A DNA stretch of 51,051 bases, taken from the IMG/VR virus record IMGVR_UViG_3300047272_000461, positions 1 to 51,051 of that record. The stretch is one strand, 5' to 3'. The DNA comes from a virus (Duplodnaviria; Caudoviricetes). Below, piece by piece: positions 46,421 to 51,051 of the stretch; position 1 is the stretch's first letter, and every line of letters starts with the position of its first letter. Position numbers and translations under genes: made by a program. The notes under the pieces were generated by a model. That model was not told the origin of the DNA and did not search any database. It saw only the letters and a list, made by a program, of their open reading frames with translations.

Positions 46421-46444
46421 CGTGCTTTTGGCACGCTGTCAACG

Positions 46445-46810
46445 GGCTATCGGTATTTCGTTCACAAAAGGGATGGTTCGCTGTATGACCCCTTGAACCC
46501 CATTGAGATGACCCCGTAGAGCCGTTTCCCATGATGCTGCCGCTCGTCTCCGAAGCGGTCTTTCATCAGCCGAACCAAAGTAAAGGAGCACCAAGACTTT
46601 TGTAGGCGGGAACCTTTCGGTCTATGCCCCGCCCACGCTGTCTGTCTTGGCATCTTGGCTCGCTTGTTTCCGATGGAGGTCGCCCTCCGGAGTGGAACCG
46701 CCGCCCCGCATCTCCCCCGGTTTGGACCCAGGTAATTGCTGAAGCGACGTGTTAGTAGCGAGTCGCAGCACCACCCTGCTTACGCAGGACCGCCGGTTTC
46801 CCGACGGCAA
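46445..46810 (-). ncRNA. ~360-nt GNRA-rich structured RNA (unknown family)
   Basis: GCCGTCGG-GAAA-CCGGCGGT, CCTGC-GTAA-GCAGG, GGAGG-GCGA-CCTCC, CC-GAAA-GG, long CCAAGAC/GTCTTGG helix; no credible ORF. Confidence 0.6.
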
Positions 46811-46858
46811 AGTTTTAAAGAACTGAAGGTAGTCTTACCCTCGTAGGCAGTTTGTCAA
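46811..46858 (-). promoter_or_regulatory. Late-type motif, hairpin and boxA-like GTTCTTTAAAACT
   Basis: TTGACA-AACTG-CCT, then AGGGTA-AGAC-TACCTT, then CAGTTCTTTAAAACT. Confidence 0.6.
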
Positions 46859-46873
46859 CTGTATTTTTTAGAG

Positions 46874-46987
46874 TCGCCGTGGAGGAGTCGAACCTCCGTC
46901 CACGAGTCCTTTCAAGAGGCCTGGGTCTTGCGAACCAGTGCCACCGCCAATCAAGGCGGCTTCCAAGGACAGCACCACGCTACGGCG
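46874..46987 (-). ncRNA. tRNA-like RNA A (acceptor + T-arm, branched central arm)
   Basis: CGCCGT/ACGGCG, GGAGG-TTCGACT-CCTCC. Confidence 0.7.
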
Positions 46988-46994
46988 TAAAGTG

Positions 46995-47270
46995 TATTCA
47001 GCAACCGACAGCACTCCCTTGTCTCCCCCGCGGCTTATTGCGGTTTCTATCCGGGTGCTCCGTGTCAGAGCTGTGGACCTTTCGGCTACCCACGCCTGTT
47101 GCCCGCCAACTGCCGGCCGTCCCACGAAAGAGGTGGGCTGTCTCCGGTGCAAGAATACCCCCTGCGTAGACAGGGCTTGTCCAGTTCGCTTGCGGCACTT
47201 TTCAGATGCCGACGGGTGATAGGCCGTCCCTCCTTGCGGAGCTGTGCGAGTGGTTTGCGTGGCGTTGAAA
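46995..47270 (-). ncRNA. ~275-nt structured RNA (unknown family)
   Basis: Closing TTCAAC/GCTGAA, CTCC-GCAA-GGAG, CC-GAAA-GG, GGCA/TGCC and CCCTG/CAGGG hairpins. Confidence 0.5.
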
Positions 47271-47290
47271 TGTCAGAAGAACAGAAAGAG

Positions 47291-47443
47291 TGGCGGGTGG
47301 TGGGACTTGAACCCACAATCTTCAAGGTGACGTTTTAAACCGCCGCAGGGGACTAACCCTGCGCTACCTTGCCTCTGCGTTGCCCTTGGCCGTAGTTACT
47401 TCGGCCCCCAGGACTTCTTACTCCCTGGGACGCTACACCCCCC
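47291..47443 (-). ncRNA. tRNA-like RNA B (expanded D and anticodon arms, GCCA end)
   Basis: GGGTG/CACCC, GTGGG-TTCAAGT-CCCAC, GCGT/ACGC D stem. Confidence 0.72.
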
Positions 47444-47471
47444 ATAAAGTTTTCAAGTTTCGATTACGGGC

Positions 47472-47554
47472 CTGATTTTCTCTCCCCCCTTTCGGGGGGT
47501 TGTAGGCGTGCTTGCTAACGCCTCGTTGTTCGAGCTTTCGCTCTACAAAATCAG
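47472..47554 (-). ncRNA. Multibranch RNA module
   Basis: Closing CTGATTTT/AAAATCAG with GAGC-GAAA-GCTC, AGGCGT/ACGCCT, CCCCCC-GAAA-GGGGGG. Confidence 0.65.
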
Positions 47555-47555
47555 T

Positions 47556-47708
47556 AGACCCCGGCTGGACTTGAACCAGCAACTGAAATTACTCGTGACT
47601 TATCCCTCGACGCAGACGTCTACGTCGGGGGCATCCATCGCTTTCATTCACCCATCATCGCGCGTTAACACGCTTCGGGCCAACTCGGACCAATCGAGTA
47701 GCGGGGTC
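47556..47708 (-). ncRNA. tRNA-like RNA C (about 80-nt expansion after D arm)
   Basis: GACCCCG/CGGGGTC, ACTCG-ATTGGTC-CGAGT, GCTGG-TTCAAGT-CCAGC. Confidence 0.72.
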
Positions 47709-47719
47709 GTAAGTGACTC

Positions 47720-47770
47720 TCCTGGTTGGCGACGCTCTTATCGCAGAGCGGGCGTTGGTCGGCGCCAGGA
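47720..47770 (-). ncRNA. Long hairpin module
   Basis: TCCTGG/CCAGGA closing, inner CGCTCT/AGAGCG. Confidence 0.5.
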
Positions 47771-47808
47771 TGGTCTGAAACTTGAATGTCAAAAGAACTG
47801 AAAGGGGA

Positions 47809-47880
47809 GCTGGTTGGTGGGACTCTACACGGTTTGGATGCGTGTGAGTGGTATGTTGCGACTTCGCATCCCACGCCAGC
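47809..47880 (-). ncRNA. Three-way junction module
   Basis: GCTGG..TGGGA / TCCCA..CCAGC closing; 3' TCCC. Confidence 0.55.
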
Positions 47881-47884
47881 AAGG

Positions 47885-47958
47885 TGGAGTCGGCGTTGCC
47901 GTTTTTACGGCACTCCCTCCGCAGAGGGATTTCGCAGCTCGGTCATTCGAGCGCCGAC
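47885..47958 (-). ncRNA. tRNA-sized cloverleaf without anticodon or T loops, 3' UCCA
   Basis: GTCGGC/GCCGAC+TCCA; GCTCG/CGAGC; TCCCTC-TGCG-GAGGGA; TGCCGT-AAAA-ACGGCA. Confidence 0.65.
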
Positions 47959-47968
47959 ATAAAGGGGA

Positions 47969-48043
47969 CTGGCGGTCCATTCATCAAGAGGCATACGGTG
48001 CGTGCTTTGAGGTGAAGGGGTTTGTTCCAACCCCACCCGCCAG
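47969..48043 (-). ncRNA. Three-way junction module
   Basis: CTGGCGG/CCGCCAG closing, GGGGTT/AACCCC hairpin; 3' TCCC. Confidence 0.55.
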
Positions 48044-48052
48044 AAATGTAGA

Positions 48053-48161
48053 GAGTCGCCTTTGGTCTTTTCGCTCACTCCCCAGTCGTTGTTGCGGCTT
48101 GGTCGTGGTTCACAGCCCCTGCTTGTTGCAGAGGACTTACGGTAGATTTTTCAGGCGACTC
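48053..48161 (-). ncRNA. Multibranch RNA module (first in array)
   Basis: 9-bp closing helix GAGTCGCCT/AGGCGACTC. Confidence 0.55.
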
Positions 48162-48250
48162 AAAGAACAGAGGGTAGTTAACCCTGATGAGAGAAGACAA
48201 TCAGATACCCAAGGGCTTGACAAGCGCAAAGTGAAAAAAAGTGAAAATAG
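48160..48250 (-). promoter_or_regulatory. ncRNA-array promoter/leader: T-tract UP-like element, TTGTCA-N17-TTGTCT, hairpin AGGGT-TAACT-ACCCT, boxA-like CTGTTCTTTGA
   Basis: Direct read; leader nearly duplicated at 46811-46842. Confidence 0.55.
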
Positions 48251-48313
48251 TTCAGACCCCCCATTTTCATTGGGGTTTTCAGGGTATTCCAAACTACTGC
48301 GCGTCCAGACCTA

Positions 48314-50152
48314 TCAGGCTGGAGGGGCTTCGGCAGGCTGGTCGGCGGGCTTCTCCTCCGGGGGAGGGGGAGGCGGCGGGGCGAGGAAACCGAACGCCAG
48401 GGCCGGCACGAACTGCATCACTTCGCAGTCCCAAAGGTGGTTCGCTCGCTTGCCGATGCGCTTCCATTCGGGCTTGCCTGCCAGGTTCTTCGTGCGGACT
48501 TCCGACTCCATCTGGTCGAGGTAGTCCTGGCCGCAGTCCGTCGCCGTCGTGTGCTTGCCCACCTTACGCATGCGGGAGAGCTGGTCTTTGAGAGCCAAGT
48601 TGGAGAAGTGATGGACTCGCACGGGTCCTGTGCCGACGTTCACCATACGCGCGGGCGCGTAGACCTTGCCCACCGGCTTGCGTCCCTTCGGCGTATCCAC
48701 CATCCAGGTGAACTCATAGCGTTGGTCGCCTCGTAGTGCCGTCCACTTGTTGATACCGCATTGGCGGATGACGTCGTCGAACTGGTCACCGCAGTCAACG
48801 TATGTCAGGGCGGGGTGGACTTCCAACGCCTTGCCCATCGCAATCACGTCTTCCCAAGTCTGCACATACCGCCACTTGATGAGGCGCGAGTCGCCTCCTT
48901 CCGCCCAGCCGCGAACCAGCACGAAGAAGCCCTCACGCTGGACGTCGACGGACATGAAACGAGCTCGTATCTGCTTCTCCCGCTTGTGGTCGGAATGTAT
49001 CTTGCGGGTCGCAGGGTCGATGCGGGCTTCCTTGTCCCACTCATCCCCCATCTTGTAGTCCCCAATGGTTTGTAGGCTTCCAAAGTCATCCGGGGCATCC
49101 GACCAGAACTGGGCCTTCTGCTTCTGGGTGAAAATCTGCATCGGCTTCGAGTCGCCGTTCGTGTCCAAGGCGAGCTTCGCCCGGACATACATCTCCGCCA
49201 TACCGCCCCAGGAACGGGCCGCCAAGCCACTCCAAGTGTAGCCGTGGTTCGCAGGGTCGGCCGACGGGTTTGTGATGGCATAGAACCCCCTTGCGTTGAA
49301 ATCGTCTCGGTTCGAGCGGGTGTCGTTGAACTGCTTCTTGCACCCCTCGCACTCATACTTCGTCTCCCGCTTGATGAGGCCATAGTCAAAGTCCCCATCC
49401 CTCTGCATCGCATCGGGTATCCTCACCTGGTCCCAGCTCCACGGCTGACGATGCCCGCAATCCGGGCATGCGAACGACCACACCCTCATGTCCGTCGTCT
49501 TCCACACCGCCTCGGTGTCGTCCCCAACGAACGACCCCTGCGACATGAAGATACGCTTACCCAACCAACCGAAAGAGGTCACACGCGCGGACGCTTCCGC
49601 AAGGTGGCCCTGCGGCCACAGCCAAGTCTCGTCACCCACCAGCCATCGGATAGAACGCCGTTGTAGGTTCTTCTCATTGAACGCCCCCAGACACCAGAAA
49701 GTCATGTCCTCCGTCTGCACCGTCCCTGACTTCTTCCCCGTCTCGTCCTTCGACAGCTTCGCAATCACCGGGGGCACGTTCTCCCACAGCACTCGTAGGC
49801 GGCTCTGCATCCAGTCCGCCGCGTTCGAGTCTTGGTCGTTCAGGTAAAGCGTCGGGGCAGGCTGGCGGGCTATGATGAAGCACGACAGCATCTCCGCCAT
49901 CAGGGACTTGCCCGACTGAATGGGCGCGATGGTCACCACCAAGCGAACCTCCGGGTCGGCGCACGCCCGAAGCGGCTCCGCCAACCAAGGCGTCTCCTGA
50001 ACCCGGAAACCCGACGGCATCGGCGAGAAAGGTATCTGCCTGATGTTCTCCTCCAACCAAGTCACGATGTCCCCACCCTCGTCAGGGCGGAACACCTTCC
50101 TGATGCGGGCTTCCAACTGGTCGGCTATCGCCTCCTTCTGGGCAGGGGTCAT
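48314..50152 (-). CDS. Terminase large subunit, lambda GpA family
   Basis: ETPWL.EP, Walker A APIQSGKS, Walker B LVGDE, CPDCG/CEGC Zn motif, MSVDVQ and NHLWDCEV nuclease motifs. Confidence 0.95.
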   Translation of the reverse strand: MTPAQKEAIADQLEARIRKVFRPDEGGDIVTWLEENIRQIPFSPMPSGFRVQETPWLAEPLRACADPEVRLVVTIAPIQSGKSLMAEMLSCFIIARQPAPTLYLNDQDSNAADWMQSRLRVLWENVPPVIAKLSKDETGKKSGTVQTEDMTFWCLGAFNEKNLQRRSIRWLVGDETWLWPQGHLAEASARVTSFGWLGKRIFMSQGSFVGDDTEAVWKTTDMRVWSFACPDCGHRQPWSWDQVRIPDAMQRDGDFDYGLIKRETKYECEGCKKQFNDTRSNRDDFNARGFYAITNPSADPANHGYTWSGLAARSWGGMAEMYVRAKLALDTNGDSKPMQIFTQKQKAQFWSDAPDDFGSLQTIGDYKMGDEWDKEARIDPATRKIHSDHKREKQIRARFMSVDVQREGFFVLVRGWAEGGDSRLIKWRYVQTWEDVIAMGKALEVHPALTYVDCGDQFDDVIRQCGINKWTALRGDQRYEFTWMVDTPKGRKPVGKVYAPARMVNVGTGPVRVHHFSNLALKDQLSRMRKVGKHTTATDCGQDYLDQMESEVRTKNLAGKPEWKRIGKRANHLWDCEVMQFVPALAFGFLAPPPPPPPEEKPADQPAEAPPA

Positions 50153-50928
50153 TCGTCGCCCTCCAGCTCGTCAAGAGCGTCATCCGTGAAGTCCTCAAGC
50201 GAACCACCCGCCTTCGGGGTGTCGTCGTCTTCCAGGTCCTTGACCGCTCCAAAGAACGCCGCGTTCGCCGGCTTCGACGGCTGGATGCCAATCACGTCGT
50301 CCCCAATGGCGGGACTCCTGTCCCGAACCTCCGGGCTGTATTCCGAAATCTTGCGGAACAGGTCATCCCGGAAATCTCTAAACGCCTTCAATGCTTTCGG
50401 GGGGTTATCAGGATTTGCCTTGGGGGCCACCGTCAACTCCGCCCGCTCTATTAGGTTTCTCAACTGACCCATCACCTTCGCAAAGCGAGCCGCCGCCACC
50501 TCCGCATCAATCAACTTACCCTCCTCTTGGATACGGATGAACCGCTCCTTCTCCAACCGCAGTAGGGTAGCCACCGCGCGGTCATAGTTCGCATAAAGCT
50601 TCCCCTGCGCCGGGTCGCCCGACTGGAGCGCCTGCATAAAGACCTGTCTCGTCAGCGAGCACAACTCCGTCTGCTCCCTCACGCGCGTGTCCATCTCCGT
50701 ATCCCCAGTCTCCCCTGTCACCGACTTCAGGATGCTGTCCAAGTCCCCAAGGTTCAACGGCTGCACCGGCTGACTGATGTGACCCTTCCCCTGCATCTCC
50801 AACTTCCGACGGTCACGCCACGCCCTCGCCTCCTCTATCGAGTCGCCAGGCATCCCCTCCTTTACGAGCTGAGATACCCGACCCTTGGTGAGCCCAAGTG
50901 CCGCCGCTATTTCACTTTGTGATGCCAT
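50149..50928 (-). CDS. Terminase small subunit (Nu1-like)
   Basis: N-terminal wHTH SQSEIAAALGLTKGRVSQLVKEGMP...W, GKLI motif; directly upstream of TerL. Confidence 0.85.
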   Translation of the reverse strand: MASQSEIAAALGLTKGRVSQLVKEGMPGDSIEEARAWRDRRKLEMQGKGHISQPVQPLNLGDLDSILKSVTGETGDTEMDTRVREQTELCSLTRQVFMQALQSGDPAQGKLYANYDRAVATLLRLEKERFIRIQEEGKLIDAEVAAARFAKVMGQLRNLIERAELTVAPKANPDNPPKALKAFRDFRDDLFRKISEYSPEVRDRSPAIGDDVIGIQPSKPANAAFFGAVKDLEDDDTPKAGGSLEDFTDDALDELEGDE

Positions 50929-51051
50929 TTATCTTTATGAGTGTTTTCTGCCAAATCTAAACCCGCTGGGTCATTGTGCGGTGTCATAAGACCCCGTGTC
51001 CCCCCCTTTTTTAATAATAGATTTCTTACCCCGGGGGAGGGGGGTATGGGG

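Noticed and set aside
46505-46570. Hammerhead-like CTGATGA...GAAAC on the minus strand
   Set aside because: Stem II does not form as required, TGATG pairs better with a downstream CATCA, and no proper stem III/NUH site closes
46874-47270. tmRNA
   Set aside because: The acceptor stem closes after ~113 nt; no G3-U70 alanine determinant and no tag reading frame
46874-47708. YrlA/Y RNA-Ro60 module, suggested by RtcB plus tRNA-like RNAs
   Set aside because: No Ro60/TROVE gene in the window, and the RNAs close with acceptor-like stems rather than a Ro-binding helix; cannot be fully excluded without the rest of the genome
46462-48524. Short ORFs in the ORF track across the TerL-gpW gap
   Set aside because: Atypical composition and codon usage, no tiling, and they overlap T-arm and helix structures

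Overview
About 51 kb of a GC-rich tailed (siphovirus-like, lambda-type packaging) bacteriophage genome. From the right end, the minus strand carries TerS, lambda-GpA-type TerL, a ~1.85 kb non-coding insert, a gpW-like gene, lambda-type portal, S49 protease, a long scaffold-like protein, major capsid, head-tail connectors, tail tube/chaperone, tape measure, baseplate/fibre genes and a holin/lipoprotein lysis block. The left ~20 kb is accessory: many small ORFs, RtcB RNA ligase, a DUF4325/STAS-like protein, dNMP kinase, an IbrA/IbrB-like pair (PAPS-reductase family + ParB-like), an HD (Mesh1/SpoT-type) hydrolase, a LexA DNA-binding-domain-only repressor and an array of 14 tRNAs plus one atypical tRNA, interrupted by a ~380-nt GOLLD-like RNA. 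The strongest signal is the RNA biology. The TerL-gpW/portal gap (46445-48190) reads as a polycistronic array of ~11 self-contained structured RNAs: three tRNA-like molecules with greatly expanded arms, an anticodon-less cloverleaf ending in UCCA and two larger GNRA-rich RNAs. The array is punctuated by rRNA-operon-like boxA sites, and one also heads the tRNA array. Two recurrent upstream motifs partition the genome: an early TTGAC-N17-CANNNT promoter with a CAANCGNTTG palindrome, and a late (T/G)GACA-N5-CCA element. Three late-expressed proteins share an 'MARG' N-terminus. All RNA folds and family assignments were made by eye; no searches were run.
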